Positions 1-9,949 of a DNA stretch of 64,000 nucleotides are shown one piece after another. The notes under the pieces are model-generated. The model made no database searches. It had not been told where the DNA came from and was given only the letters and a program-made list of their open reading frames with translations. Numbering within the stretch: the stretch's first letter is position 1; every line of letters starts with the position of its first letter. The position numbers and the translations under genes are program-made. The DNA is from Deltaproteobacteria bacterium (GTDB lineage Bacteria; Myxococcota_A; UBA9160; SMWR01), in assembly GCA_032128115.1 (NCBI GenBank), contig JAQBHB010000047.1, positions 192,001 to 256,000 on the forward strand, read 5' to 3'.

Positions 1-149
1 GGCGGGTAGAAGTCCAGGTTGAGTCCAGTGCCGAAGCCCACCTCCAGGATCTCCCCCTCGGCCGTTGCCAGCGTCTCCGGGCGCAGGTCGTTCATCTGGC
101 GCATCGCCCAGTCGAGGAGCCGGCTGCGAAATCGGGTGCGGAATCCCAT
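1..149 (-). CDS. Class I SAM-dependent methyltransferase, N-terminal part (runs off the window start)
   Basis: Manual translation from ATG 149: MGFRTRFRSRLLDWAMRQMNDLRPETLATAEGEILEVGFGTGLNLDFY; SAM motif I ILEVGFGTG. Not in the ORF track. Confidence 0.8.
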   Translation of the reverse strand, partial: MGFRTRFRSRLLDWAMRQMNDLRPETLATAEGEILEVGFGTGLNLDFYP

Positions 150-160
150 GAGGTTCGATT

Positions 161-1057
161 CTACTCCTTCGGAGCCAGAAAGTCGGTCAGCGCCGCGTTC
201 AGGGCTTCCGGATTCTCCAGCATCACCACGTGTCCTGCGTCGGGCACCGTTACGGCGCGTCCATCGGGCAGCACCTCATCGACCATGCGCGCCACCGTGG
301 CCTGGGACAAATGGGGCGAGAGGGCCCCGCGCACCACGAGCGTGGGGCAGGACACGCGGGACAGGCAGTCCCAGAGGCGGGCCTCCTCTTCCCGCGCCCA
401 GGCCCGGCGGTCGAACTTCTGACGGTTCGCCGGATCGGCAGCGCTTTTCGGGCGCAGGAAGGTGGGATCGAGCTTGGGCTCGAAGCGCCCGTCGGCGCGC
501 TGGCGCAGCCAATGAGGCGCGAGTGCCGCCAGCGCCTGCACCCGGGCCCTGGGATACAGGCGCGCCAAGATCCGGGTGTATTCGTCCGGGCTGGCGAAGT
601 CCGGATTTCGCGGCTCCCTCGATTCGCCCCGGGCGGCGCGGCTCGCGACGGAGAGTTCCGGGCCGGCATCCACCAGCACCAGCTTGGCCACCCGATGCGG
701 GTGGCGAGCGGCGAAGCGCAGCGATGCGTAGCCGCCCATGGAGTGGCTCACCAGCACCACCGATTCGATTTCCAGGTGATCGAGCACCAACTCCAGGTCG
801 CGGGCGATCGAGGCGTGGTGGTAGCGGTATTCCGGATCGTGGTCCGAATCTCCGTGGCCACGCTGGTCCAGGGCCAGGGTCCGGTAGGTCTGCGCCAGCG
901 GCAGCGCGAAGGGATCCCAGATTCGCGCGCTGTGGCCGAAGCCGTGCAGGAAGAGCAGGGGTGGGCCCACGCGACTCCATTCGAGCACGTGGAGCGTGAG
1001 ATCGTGTGCGCCCGGGACGCGCAATGACCCGGGCTCCAGGGTGTTGCCTTCCAGCAT
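161..1057 (-). CDS. Alpha/beta fold hydrolase
   Basis: LLFLHGF, LDQRGHGDS, nucleophile elbow SHSMGG, C-terminal DAGH. Confidence 0.9.
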   Translation of the reverse strand: MLEGNTLEPGSLRVPGAHDLTLHVLEWSRVGPPLLFLHGFGHSARIWDPFALPLAQTYRTLALDQRGHGDSDHDPEYRYHHASIARDLELVLDHLEIESVVLVSHSMGGYASLRFAARHPHRVAKLVLVDAGPELSVASRAARGESREPRNPDFASPDEYTRILARLYPRARVQALAALAPHWLRQRADGRFEPKLDPTFLRPKSAADPANRQKFDRRAWAREEEARLWDCLSRVSCPTLVVRGALSPHLSQATVARMVDEVLPDGRAVTVPDAGHVVMLENPEALNAALTDFLAPKE

Positions 1058-1125
1058 GGCCCGGTTCTCTACACCAATCGAAATGTCTGGACAACCGGTC
1101 GGGGCGGCGGCGATGATCCGCGCGG

Positions 1126-2910
1126 ATGGCGGAGCCCGAACGCGTTCCGGAGACGATCGATCCCGTCGGCGCCGAGGTGGTGCGGGGCGCTCTGGAAACG
1201 GTCGCCTACGAGATGGCGACCCACGTGTCCCTGACCGCCACCACGCCGATCCTGAACCAATCCAACGAACGCAATGCCACGATCCTCGACCACCGCGGCC
1301 GGCTGGCAGCGCTCTCGGTGGGGATTCCCCAGTTCATGCTGTCGTCGACGCTCCCGGTTCGGTTCGCCCTGGAATTCTTCGCAGAAGAGGGGCTCAACGC
1401 TGGCGACGTGTTGGTGGCCAACGATCCCTACCACGGGGGCGGACACCTGCCCGACTACAATGTATTCGCACCGGTGGTGGTAGACGGCGAGCTGGTGTTG
1501 ATCGCATCGATCCAGTGCCACCACGCCGACACGGGCGGGGGCATGCCCGGCGGCTACAACGTGAACGCCCTGGACATCTGGGCCGAAGGCGTGCGCTTCC
1601 CGGCCGTGAAGGTCTACGACCGGGGCGTCGAACGTCGCGACGTGGTCTACCTGCTCCAGACCAACAACCGCACGCCCACCTTCATCGGCGATCTGCGCGC
1701 GCAGATCGGCGCGGCCCAGCTGGGTGTACGTCGGCTATCCGAGATCATCCGGCGCGTGGGCGTCGCGGCGGTGCGCGGCGCTGTGGAACACGCAATCGGG
1801 TTTTCGGCCCAGCGCTTCCGGGAGGAGGTGAGTGCCTGGCCCGATGGACGCTTCGTGAGCGATGTCTACGTGGATCACGACCCGAAGGGCAACCAGGACA
1901 TCCACGTGCATTGCGCCGTCAGCGTGCACGGAGATCGACTCACGGTGGACTTCACGGGAAGCGACGATCGCCCGGAGCTGCAGGCGTGGTCCACCTTCGG
2001 CAACACCCGAGGCTACGTGGTGTCGCAGCTGGCCTCCATGATGGATCCGACGATTCCCAAGAACGAGGGCTTCTTCGACGCCATCGAGCTGATCGTGCCC
2101 GAGGGCTGCGTGCTGAATCCCACGGAGGGTCACACGGTGGCCGCGGGCACCCACCACCCGGGAGTCGAGGTGGGTGAGGCCGTGTGTCTGGCATTGGCCC
2201 AGGTGATTCCCGAACGCGCGTGCCCCCAGATCTACAAGGCGGGCATGCCGGCCATCATCATCGGGCAGCACCCAGAGACCGGTCTGCTGTTCGTGGACCA
2301 CTCGGTGGACTCTACATCTGCATACTGCGGCGCCGTGTACGGCCGCGACGGCTGGGGATCATCGAATGCCTCGTTTGGCAACCTGATCAAGGCCACCGCA
2401 GAGATCAACGAGTCGATCTTTCCCACCCGGCACGAGAAACTCGACTACTGCACCGATAGCGGCGGGCCCGGCAAGTGGCGCGGCTGCCCGGGCTCGGCCT
2501 ACACCAAGCGCGTGACGTCGCCAGCCACGGTCTATACCTATATGGTGGGCATCAAGTATCCCATGCCGGGCGTGGCCGGGGGCGCGCCGGGCCGTCCCAA
2601 CCGCTTCACTTTCCGTGTGGGGACGGAGCACGAGCAGGTGGTGACCCACACCCTGCCCCAATCGCCCATCGGCGCCGGCGAGGCCTACGAGTACGTGTAC
2701 GGTGGCGGCGGAGGTTGGGGAGATCCGCTGGAGCGGGATCCGGAGGCGGTGTGCGAGGACGTTCTGGACGAGTACGTCTCCATCGAAGGCGCCCGCCGCG
2801 ACTACGGCGTGGTATTCACGGGTAGCGTGGCGGACTGGGATCTGGCCGTGGCGCCGGACGCCACGCTTCGTCTGCGCAGCCAGATGCGCGACGCGAGCGG
2901 GTCCGCGTGA
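1126..2910 (+). CDS. Hydantoinase B / 5-oxoprolinase family protein
   Basis: NDPYHGGGHLPD, HHADTGG, DSGGPGKWRG, GGGGWGDPLERDPEAV...ARRDYGVV. Confidence 0.92.
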   Translation: MAEPERVPETIDPVGAEVVRGALETVAYEMATHVSLTATTPILNQSNERNATILDHRGRLAALSVGIPQFMLSSTLPVRFALEFFAEEGLNAGDVLVANDPYHGGGHLPDYNVFAPVVVDGELVLIASIQCHHADTGGGMPGGYNVNALDIWAEGVRFPAVKVYDRGVERRDVVYLLQTNNRTPTFIGDLRAQIGAAQLGVRRLSEIIRRVGVAAVRGAVEHAIGFSAQRFREEVSAWPDGRFVSDVYVDHDPKGNQDIHVHCAVSVHGDRLTVDFTGSDDRPELQAWSTFGNTRGYVVSQLASMMDPTIPKNEGFFDAIELIVPEGCVLNPTEGHTVAAGTHHPGVEVGEAVCLALAQVIPERACPQIYKAGMPAIIIGQHPETGLLFVDHSVDSTSAYCGAVYGRDGWGSSNASFGNLIKATAEINESIFPTRHEKLDYCTDSGGPGKWRGCPGSAYTKRVTSPATVYTYMVGIKYPMPGVAGGAPGRPNRFTFRVGTEHEQVVTHTLPQSPIGAGEAYEYVYGGGGGWGDPLERDPEAVCEDVLDEYVSIEGARRDYGVVFTGSVADWDLAVAPDATLRLRSQMRDASGSA

Positions 2911-3746
2911 AGTTCGGGGTTGCCCTCTCGCGGCTCAACCCCGCGTTCCACCTGGAAGTCACCCTCGAAGCCGAACGCCTGGGTTTCGAGTCGGTGTGGA
3001 TGGCGGATCACCTGGTGTTCCCCGTGGACATGGCGGGGTCTCCGCATCCCGGTCAGGACGCGCCTCCGGTGCCGCCCACCACACCGGTCTTCGACGCCTT
3101 CGGGTGGCTGTGCTTCCTGGCCGGCAAGACCTCCCGCATCCGTCTCGGCACGAACGTGTACCTGCTGGCCCTGCGCCATCCGTTCACGGCGGCTCGCGCC
3201 GTGCAGACTCTCGACATCGCTTCCGGCGGACGAGCCGAGGTGGGCATCGGCGCCGGCTGGTTGCGCAGCGAGTGGACCGCCGCGCAGCTCGACCCGGGAA
3301 GTCGCGGGCGCCGCCTGGACGAGGCGCTCGCGGTCTGCAAGCGCCTGTGGACCGAGCCGGAGGTGGAGCACCACGGCCGCTTCTTCGACTTCGATCCGGT
3401 GTGCTTCGAACCCAAGCCGGTGCAGAGGCCGTGGCCGCCGATCCACGTGGGCGGCGAGTCGGAGGCGGCCCTGAGGCGCGCCGCTTTTCACGGGGACGGC
3501 TGGTACGGACTCACCCACAGCCTGGACTCGGCGTCCGCGCGCGTGGCGCAGCTGCGCGCCCTGCGCTGCGAGGCCGGGCGCGAGAACGAAGCCTTCCAGG
3601 TGACGCTGGGTGGCGACCCGACCGAGCCCGGCGAGATCGCCCGCTGGGAAGAGGCCGGCGTCGATCGCCTGGTGGTGACTCCCTGGAAGCGTTCGCGGGA
3701 AGCGGTGGAGGGCCTGCGCCGCTTCGCAGATCGCTTGCTCACGTGA
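2907..3746 (+). CDS. Luciferase-like monooxygenase (LLM) family oxidoreductase, putative F420-dependent type
   Basis: AERLGFESVWMADHLVFP, TSRIRLGT, GIGAGW, PKPVQRPWPPIHVGG; GTGA overlap with the upstream gene. Confidence 0.9.
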   Translation: MKFGVALSRLNPAFHLEVTLEAERLGFESVWMADHLVFPVDMAGSPHPGQDAPPVPPTTPVFDAFGWLCFLAGKTSRIRLGTNVYLLALRHPFTAARAVQTLDIASGGRAEVGIGAGWLRSEWTAAQLDPGSRGRRLDEALAVCKRLWTEPEVEHHGRFFDFDPVCFEPKPVQRPWPPIHVGGESEAALRRAAFHGDGWYGLTHSLDSASARVAQLRALRCEAGRENEAFQVTLGGDPTEPGEIARWEEAGVDRLVVTPWKRSREAVEGLRRFADRLLT

Positions 3747-3755
3747 GCGGTGTCG

Positions 3756-4430
3756 CTACTTCCAGACGTACTCGTGGATGCGGTAGCCCGGGGCTCGGGC
3801 CACCAGCGCCGCGCGGCTCTCGGCCACGGCGCGTTCGCCCGCGGGAGAGTCGAATCGGGGCTCGGGCGAATCGCTGAGGAAGCTTTGTTCCTCGAAGGCG
3901 TCCCACTCGGGACCGGTCTCCGAGAGCATCTCCGCGACCAGGCTCGACGCGTAACCCGAGAGCTGCGGCTGGTGTTCCAGCACGAGAGGTACGTGCTCTG
4001 CCAGCCAGCGGCGCTGGAACTCCGCCCGGGTGAGTTCGGAACGCCGGGCCAGGAGGTACATCCATTTGGTGCCCGGGGAGCGGTGGCCGCTTGCGGGCGC
4101 CGGGTCGTCGTTCCGGTGCACATGCTCGCGGGTGGCGTAGGCGTCCGAGCCTCCCATGAAGCGCTGCACGTCCTGCCGGATGACGGCCTGGCCCTCGGGC
4201 GAGTCGTAGAGCCGCTCGCGGAAGTCTTCGATGCTGTCGAACCAGAGGGTGGGAAGGCTGTCGATCTCGTCGCCGTCGGCGGGCCGGCCTTCGACGATCT
4301 GGATCACGTAACGCCGCAGATTCGGGTGGTGCACCAGGGCGAGGGGAGCATGGCCCTCGAGGATGCGGCGTGCGTACTCGTCGCGGCTCAGGTCCGGTCG
4401 CCGCCGACACAGGAAGAGCATCTTGATCAA
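3756..4430 (-). CDS. Tandem EthD-domain protein
   Basis: Two repeats of the RR-x-(D/E)L(S/T)R-x-E(Y/F)...H(A/V)PL pattern typical of EthD domains. Confidence 0.75.
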   Translation of the reverse strand: MIKMLFLCRRRPDLSRDEYARRILEGHAPLALVHHPNLRRYVIQIVEGRPADGDEIDSLPTLWFDSIEDFRERLYDSPEGQAVIRQDVQRFMGGSDAYATREHVHRNDDPAPASGHRSPGTKWMYLLARRSELTRAEFQRRWLAEHVPLVLEHQPQLSGYASSLVAEMLSETGPEWDAFEEQSFLSDSPEPRFDSPAGERAVAESRAALVARAPGYRIHEYVWK

Positions 4431-6193
4431 GAAGCGCTCCGGAGCTGTCGCATGCGCAACGTGCGCAGGCGGTTGATGGCCGCGGCGATCTCGAAGCGCC
4501 GGGGCCGCGCCAGATTTCCCGGGTGGTGGTCGCGTCGGTAGAAGGGGGCCAGCGGGTCGAGCCCCTCCTCGTCGAAGAACGCCTCCAGGAGATCGAGGAC
4601 CCGGGCGAGGGAGGTCTCGCCGTCCATGAAGCGCTGGCTCGCCAGGTGGATGGCGTTGCCGACGGCGCGGGTCTGGCTCAGGTCCACCAGCTGCTCGACG
4701 CCCTTCAGATCGATGGCATCGTTTCCGAACAGGATGTGGTCCACCCGCTTGGCATCGACCTTCACCGGGCGGCGCCCCCGCGATGCGTCGAAGCTTCCCG
4801 ACTGGGGCGCGCGGTCGGCAATCCGGGCCAGCGGCGCTGCGACCTCGATCTGGCGTGTGGAACCGTGCTCCCGGGCGATGCGCCGGGCCTCGTCGGTCAC
4901 GTCCTCGGGCTGGAACTCACGCATGGCAATGACCCGGTCGGCGATGTCGAAGTAATCGCCGCAGCCACCCATCACCAACACGGTGGAGACGCCAAGCGTG
5001 TCGTAGATCTCGCGAACCCGCTCGAGGAACGGAGTGATCGGCTCGTCGCGCTTGTTCACCAGCGCCTGCATTCGGGCATCTCGCACCATGAAGTTGGTTG
5101 CCGATGTGTCCTCGTCAAGCAGCAGGCCGCTCGCCCCGACCTCGATGGCCTCGACGATGTTCGCAGCCTGGCTGGTGCTGCCGCTGGCATCGTCGCTTGA
5201 GAAGGCCGTGGTGCTGCGTTCCTGGGGCAGGTTGTTGATGAAGGCGCTGATGTCCACCTGCTCGACCCGACGTCCGTCTTCGGCGCGGATCTTCACGAGA
5301 CCCGGCGAGCTCACCACCCACTCGCGTCCGTCGCCCGGAATGTGGGGATAGACGCCGCGCTCGAGGGCGCGCAGCAGGGTGGACTTGCCGTGATAGCCGC
5401 CGCCCACCACCAGCGTGACGCCGCGACCGATGGCCATTCCGGTGATCTCGCGGCACGGGCCGTCCGGCCCGGGGATGGGGTTCGCCAGGGGCAGGGTCAC
5501 CCGCAGGGCCTCCGGCGACCGGAACGCCGCCGCCCCGCCCCGCGGAAGCGGTCGGTCGCTGGCGCCGCTCTCGCGCGGCAGGATCGAGCCGTCGCCCACG
5601 AACGCCACGAGCCCGCGCTCGGCCAGCTGTCGGCGCAGGTACTCCTGGTTCTCGATGCACTCGACGAACTCCCGGGCTTCGTCCCGGGGCAGCCGATCCC
5701 AGCACAGGGCCTCGCGGGCGATGCGCGGCAGGTCGTGACACAGCATGGATTCGGCCTGGCGTCCCAGGACTCGCCGTCCGGCCGCGGGAAGCCCCAGCTC
5801 GACACGCGCCTCCACCCAGTCGGGATCGATCACCACGGCGGTGCGCTCGATGACTTCCTGGCCGCCGGCGTCGACCTGGATCACGCCGCTCTTGCCGCTG
5901 CCTTCCCGTGGTCCGCCGTGGCTTCGGATCGCCAAGCGCATCTGGCGCGCCAGGAAGTCGCTGCAGGCGAGAGATCGTGCGGCGCTCCCGAACAATTCCG
6001 GCGGAATTCCCGCCTCGCTCATGGGTAGGCGCACCCGCAGCTTGGAGGGCGCGGCGAAGGGATCGCCTTGCACATGATCGATGTGCAGGGTCATGGCTTC
6101 GAACGCGAAGCTCCCGGTGATGTCCTTGTAGGCCCTGTAGCCGTGGCCGTCGATGCGGCCCAGGATGCCCTTCAGGTCCTCAGCGCTTGCCAT
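4427..6193 (-). CDS. ABC-class P-loop ATPase of unknown function (ABC_ATPase / MRB1590-like family)
   Basis: HVQGDPFAAPS, Walker A GGGYHGKST, ASGSTSQAANI, Walker B LLLDEDTSATNFM, RRFEIAAAINRLR; start chosen at MASAEDLK. Confidence 0.88.
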   Translation of the reverse strand: MASAEDLKGILGRIDGHGYRAYKDITGSFAFEAMTLHIDHVQGDPFAAPSKLRVRLPMSEAGIPPELFGSAARSLACSDFLARQMRLAIRSHGGPREGSGKSGVIQVDAGGQEVIERTAVVIDPDWVEARVELGLPAAGRRVLGRQAESMLCHDLPRIAREALCWDRLPRDEAREFVECIENQEYLRRQLAERGLVAFVGDGSILPRESGASDRPLPRGGAAAFRSPEALRVTLPLANPIPGPDGPCREITGMAIGRGVTLVVGGGYHGKSTLLRALERGVYPHIPGDGREWVVSSPGLVKIRAEDGRRVEQVDISAFINNLPQERSTTAFSSDDASGSTSQAANIVEAIEVGASGLLLDEDTSATNFMVRDARMQALVNKRDEPITPFLERVREIYDTLGVSTVLVMGGCGDYFDIADRVIAMREFQPEDVTDEARRIAREHGSTRQIEVAAPLARIADRAPQSGSFDASRGRRPVKVDAKRVDHILFGNDAIDLKGVEQLVDLSQTRAVGNAIHLASQRFMDGETSLARVLDLLEAFFDEEGLDPLAPFYRRDHHPGNLARPRRFEIAAAINRLRTLRMRQLRSAS

Positions 6194-6995
6194 CTGTGAC
6201 CGCATCGAAGCCGGCGAGGACGGTCTGGAAGCGCGCTTCGATGATGGGCCGGAACTCGGGATGGGTGAAGATGTAGTCCGCGTTCTCTCGGATTCCGCGG
6301 AGCACGGCGTCTCCCACGTCTTCGGGGTCGATGCCGCTTTCGAGCATCTCGCGCAGTGATTCGGCGCGCCCGCTGGTTTTCACCAGGTGCTCCGGACGAT
6401 TGCGATCGGCCTCCAGCAAGCGCGTGCGAACGCCGCCCGGACACAGCACCGAGACGCCGATGCCCTGGGGCGCGAGCTCGAGCCGTAGCGACTCGCTGAA
6501 TCCCACCACGGCGTACTTGGTGGTGCAATAGACTCCGAGGCCCGGAGCCGGGAGCAGCCCGCCGACGGAAGCCGTGTTCACGATGTGTCCGCCGTCGCCC
6601 CTGGTAACCAACCGCGAGGCGAAGCTCCGGCAACCGTTCACCACGCCCCCCAGGTTCACGGAGAGCAGCCACTCCCAGTCGTCGGGGGTGGCCTCGTCCA
6701 GGGTGCCGCCCACCAGCACCCCGGCGTTGTTGCACACCACGTGCACGGATCCCATCTCGCGGAAGGCGGTGTCGGCCAGTGCTTCGACCGAGGAGGCGTC
6801 CGCCACATCGGTGGCGACCGCGAGGGCGTCGGCTCCGGCATCCCGCAGATCCGAGGCCGCCTTCTCGGCGCCGTCGCCGTCCACATCGGCTACCACCACG
6901 CGCAGGCCCGCCGCGGCGAAGCGCACGCACAGGCCCAGGCCGATTCCACTGGCAGCCCCGGTGACCACGGCCACTTTTCCCTTCAGGTCCTGCAT
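6180..6995 (-). CDS. Short-chain dehydrogenase/reductase
   Basis: TGAASGIG, NNAG, YCTTK; start at MQDLKGK. Confidence 0.92.
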   Translation of the reverse strand: MQDLKGKVAVVTGAASGIGLGLCVRFAAAGLRVVVADVDGDGAEKAASDLRDAGADALAVATDVADASSVEALADTAFREMGSVHVVCNNAGVLVGGTLDEATPDDWEWLLSVNLGGVVNGCRSFASRLVTRGDGGHIVNTASVGGLLPAPGLGVYCTTKYAVVGFSESLRLELAPQGIGVSVLCPGGVRTRLLEADRNRPEHLVKTSGRAESLREMLESGIDPEDVGDAVLRGIRENADYIFTHPEFRPIIEARFQTVLAGFDAVTDGKR

Positions 6996-7046
6996 CGAAT
7001 CCCCGATTCCCCCGCGCCGCGACGATAGCCGGGCGGGGACCCGGGC

Positions 7047-7133
7047 GGGGACGGGGTTGACTATTGCCTTTTTCTCGGGGGCGAGGGCCATGCCGATTTG
7101 GAGGCGAAAAAGGCAATAGTCAACCCCGTCCCC
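7047..7133. repeat. Perfect 28-bp inverted repeat with a 31-bp spacer (REP/MITE-like element)
   Basis: ggggacggggttgactattgcctttttc (7047-7074) and its exact reverse complement (7106-7133). Confidence 0.85.
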
Positions 7134-8256
7134 ACAGCGAGAGCTGGGGGTCGGGCGGGCGGCGGAAGGCCGTGGCGGACAACGTGAAGCCCTCGCCTCC
7201 GATGCGAGCGCGGCGACAGGCGACCTCGAACAGGGCGTGGGTCTGATCGGCAAACACGCCGCTGCCCCGGTGCCGCGAGTGGAAGCGCGGGTCGTTCAGC
7301 CGGCCCCCGCGCATGGCGCGGATGCGGTTGAGGACCTTGCGCTTGCGACCCGGCGCATGGCGCTCGAGCCAGCCCTCGAAGAGCGGACCCAGTCCGTGGG
7401 GAAGGCGCAGCATGATGTGACGGATCCGCCTCGCTCCCGCGCTTGCGGCGGCCTCGACGATGGCGGGAATCTCGTGATCGTTGAGCCCGGGAATCACGGG
7501 CGCGATCAGCACACCCACCGGAACGCCCGCGCGCGCGAGCGCCTCGACGGTGGCGAGCCGTCGCGCCGGTGTTGCCGCCCGGGGCTCCATCACCCGGGTC
7601 AGGTCGCGATCGAGGCTGGTGATCGAGACATAGACGGCAGCTGCGTCGTCGCGGGCGAGATCGGCCAGGATGTCGAGATCGCGCGTCACCAGGCCGCTCT
7701 TGGTGACGATCGCGGCCGGATTGCGAAACGCGGCGAAGACCTCCAGGCAGCGTCGCGTGAGCCCGAGCCGCACCTCGACGGGCTGGTAGGGATCGGTCAC
7801 GGCGCCCACGGCCACGGTCTGGGGCTTCCAGCGCGGTGAGGCGAGTACCTCGCGCAGCCGGGTGGGGGCGTCTTCGCGAACCAGGATGCGGGTCTCGAAA
7901 TCGAGGCCCGCCGACAGGCCCAGATACTCGTGGGTGGGCCGCGCGTAGCAGTAGATGCAGCCGTGCTCGCAGCCCCGGTACGGGTTGAGGCTCACATCGA
8001 AGGGGAGGTCGGGGCTGTCGTTGAAGCTCAGGATGCGCCGCGCCGGGTCGCGGAAGAAACGTGTATCGGGCTGCGCCGTCGCGTCGGCGCCCGGGTCCTG
8101 GCCGTCCGGGTCTTCCAGGTAGGCCAGCCGCTCGAATCGGTTCGTCGGGTTGTCGACGGCGCCCCGGCAACGGGGCGAGGACCGCTCGAATGGAGACGAG
8201 GCTCCGGAGATCGCCCCCCGCGGCTCGATGGATCGCTTGGCGGTTCGTGCGATCAC
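7120..8256 (-). CDS. Radical SAM protein, PA0069 / Rv2578c-like (spore photoproduct lyase-related) family
   Basis: SLNPYRGCEHGCIYCYARPTHEYLG (CxxxCxxC), TDPYQP, C-terminal QLSLW. Confidence 0.92.
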   Translation of the reverse strand: MIARTAKRSIEPRGAISGASSPFERSSPRCRGAVDNPTNRFERLAYLEDPDGQDPGADATAQPDTRFFRDPARRILSFNDSPDLPFDVSLNPYRGCEHGCIYCYARPTHEYLGLSAGLDFETRILVREDAPTRLREVLASPRWKPQTVAVGAVTDPYQPVEVRLGLTRRCLEVFAAFRNPAAIVTKSGLVTRDLDILADLARDDAAAVYVSITSLDRDLTRVMEPRAATPARRLATVEALARAGVPVGVLIAPVIPGLNDHEIPAIVEAAASAGARRIRHIMLRLPHGLGPLFEGWLERHAPGRKRKVLNRIRAMRGGRLNDPRFHSRHRGSGVFADQTHALFEVACRRARIGGEGFTLSATAFRRPPDPQLSLWGRG

Positions 8257-8290
8257 GGGTGGCGAAAGTAGACCGAAAGTCGACCGACTG

Positions 8291-9949
8291 TCAATCCCTG
8301 GCGTCCGAGGCCCCTACCTCCTGCAGGAGCGGGAATCGCACCCTGTAGAAGTGGTCGACATTGGCGGCAGCGAGCTTCGCGCGGGCCGGATCCACGTCGC
8401 GACCCAGCAGGCGCTCGCGCTCCACCTCCATGGCCTCGGGAAACACCCTCAGGACCGCGTCGGCGATCTCCAGGTGGGGCTCGCGGGGCGATGCGTAATC
8501 CTTTGCCCGGGCCACCAGGCTCTCGTCCTGGTGCATCATCGCGAACAGCAGGATCATGGCCAGCTGCAGGGTGAGATCCCGCGACTCGTCGTAGTCCACC
8601 CGGGGCGAGGTCAGGAAATCCTCTACGCCCGCTCGCCCCAGGAGTTCGTCCTCTACGATCCGGTCGAACACCGTCTCGGCCACGATCAGGTTGCCTTCGC
8701 GGGTGGGGTGCACGTAGTCGAGGAAGAGTTCGAAGCCCGGGGCGTAGGGTGCGCTGGCCGTGGCGAAGGCGGCCTCGGCGTCGGCCAGGTACGCACCTGG
8801 GTATCGGGCGGCGATTTCGCGGAGGCTCGCGTTGAAGTCCGGGATGGCGCGAAACGGGTTGTAGTCGAGGTAGCGGGCCCGCTCGTAGTGCGGGAGGGCG
8901 CCGGTCGGGTCTCCGGCCTGCTCCAGCGCCCGCGCCAGCAGGAAGTGGGTCTCCGCGTGCCCGGGATCCGTTGCCAGGGCCTCCCGAAAGCGTTGAATGG
9001 CGAGCTGGGGGTCACCGCGCAGCAACGCGACCTGTCCCGCGTCATAGCGGATCTTCCACGCCACCCGGTCCTTCCCGGACAGGGCGTTCTGCGACACGTT
9101 GGGATGCCAGTCGCGCAGGTTCACGGGCACGCTCACGAGAACCACGGGAACGCCGGATTCCGCCGCGCGCTCCACCATGGACTCGATGCTGAGCCGGTAG
9201 TGGTTCTTCACCTGGGCGAACTGCTCCGGATCCGTGCGCAGGGCGAGAGCCACCTGCCTGATCTTGCTCCAGACCGAATAGGCCGTGTGCTGGCGCTGCT
9301 CGCCGGAAAGTGCGTTGTCGGGAAACAGGCGGGGCCCCAGCCAGGCCCGGGCCACCCGGAACATCGCGAGGCGGTTCGCTACGTCGAGCAGCGGTTCCAG
9401 CGTCTCGCGGGTGGGCAGGTAGGTTCGCTTCTCGAGGAACTCGTTGTTTCCGCTCCACAACACGATCAGGTCGGGATCCAGCTCGATCACCTGGTCGAAG
9501 ATCAGGCGCACCCGGTAGGCCGCGTACGCGTGGGCACTGGCGTTGATGACCTGGATCCGCTTGTCGGGAAACGCGCGCTGGAGGCCCTGCTCCAGGTAGG
9601 CGCTGTAGATTTCGCGCGGTGGATGCGGCCAGCCTGCGCTCGCCGAGCCCCCGAGGCAGAAGACCCGCAGGGTATCCGGTGGCTTCTCGGCGTCGAAGAC
9701 GACGCCGCGACGCGAGTACACCTCGTCATGGGCGATCCGGTAGTGAGGCCTTCCGTCGATTTCCGTTCGCTCGAAGAATCTGGGGATGTCCACCAGGGTG
9801 AGCTTGGGGTCGGGCGCGGCGCCGGACGACAGGGCCACACGGGCGAAACCCTCGCAGCTGGCGATGATCGCCAGCGGCACCGCCAGCGTGATGAGCCAGA
9901 GGAGCGCGCGCGGCGTGTTTGCCGACGGGTCGTTGGGTCCGTCCGCCAC
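8291..9949 (-). CDS. Membrane-anchored SGNH/GDSL-like hydrolase with TPR insertion
   Basis: N-terminal TM; RVFCLGGSAS, GNNEF, DYVHP blocks; TPR segment AETHFLLARALEQAG. Confidence 0.75.
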   Translation of the reverse strand: MADGPNDPSANTPRALLWLITLAVPLAIIASCEGFARVALSSGAAPDPKLTLVDIPRFFERTEIDGRPHYRIAHDEVYSRRGVVFDAEKPPDTLRVFCLGGSASAGWPHPPREIYSAYLEQGLQRAFPDKRIQVINASAHAYAAYRVRLIFDQVIELDPDLIVLWSGNNEFLEKRTYLPTRETLEPLLDVANRLAMFRVARAWLGPRLFPDNALSGEQRQHTAYSVWSKIRQVALALRTDPEQFAQVKNHYRLSIESMVERAAESGVPVVLVSVPVNLRDWHPNVSQNALSGKDRVAWKIRYDAGQVALLRGDPQLAIQRFREALATDPGHAETHFLLARALEQAGDPTGALPHYERARYLDYNPFRAIPDFNASLREIAARYPGAYLADAEAAFATASAPYAPGFELFLDYVHPTREGNLIVAETVFDRIVEDELLGRAGVEDFLTSPRVDYDESRDLTLQLAMILLFAMMHQDESLVARAKDYASPREPHLEIADAVLRVFPEAMEVERERLLGRDVDPARAKLAAANVDHFYRVRFPLLQEVGASDARD

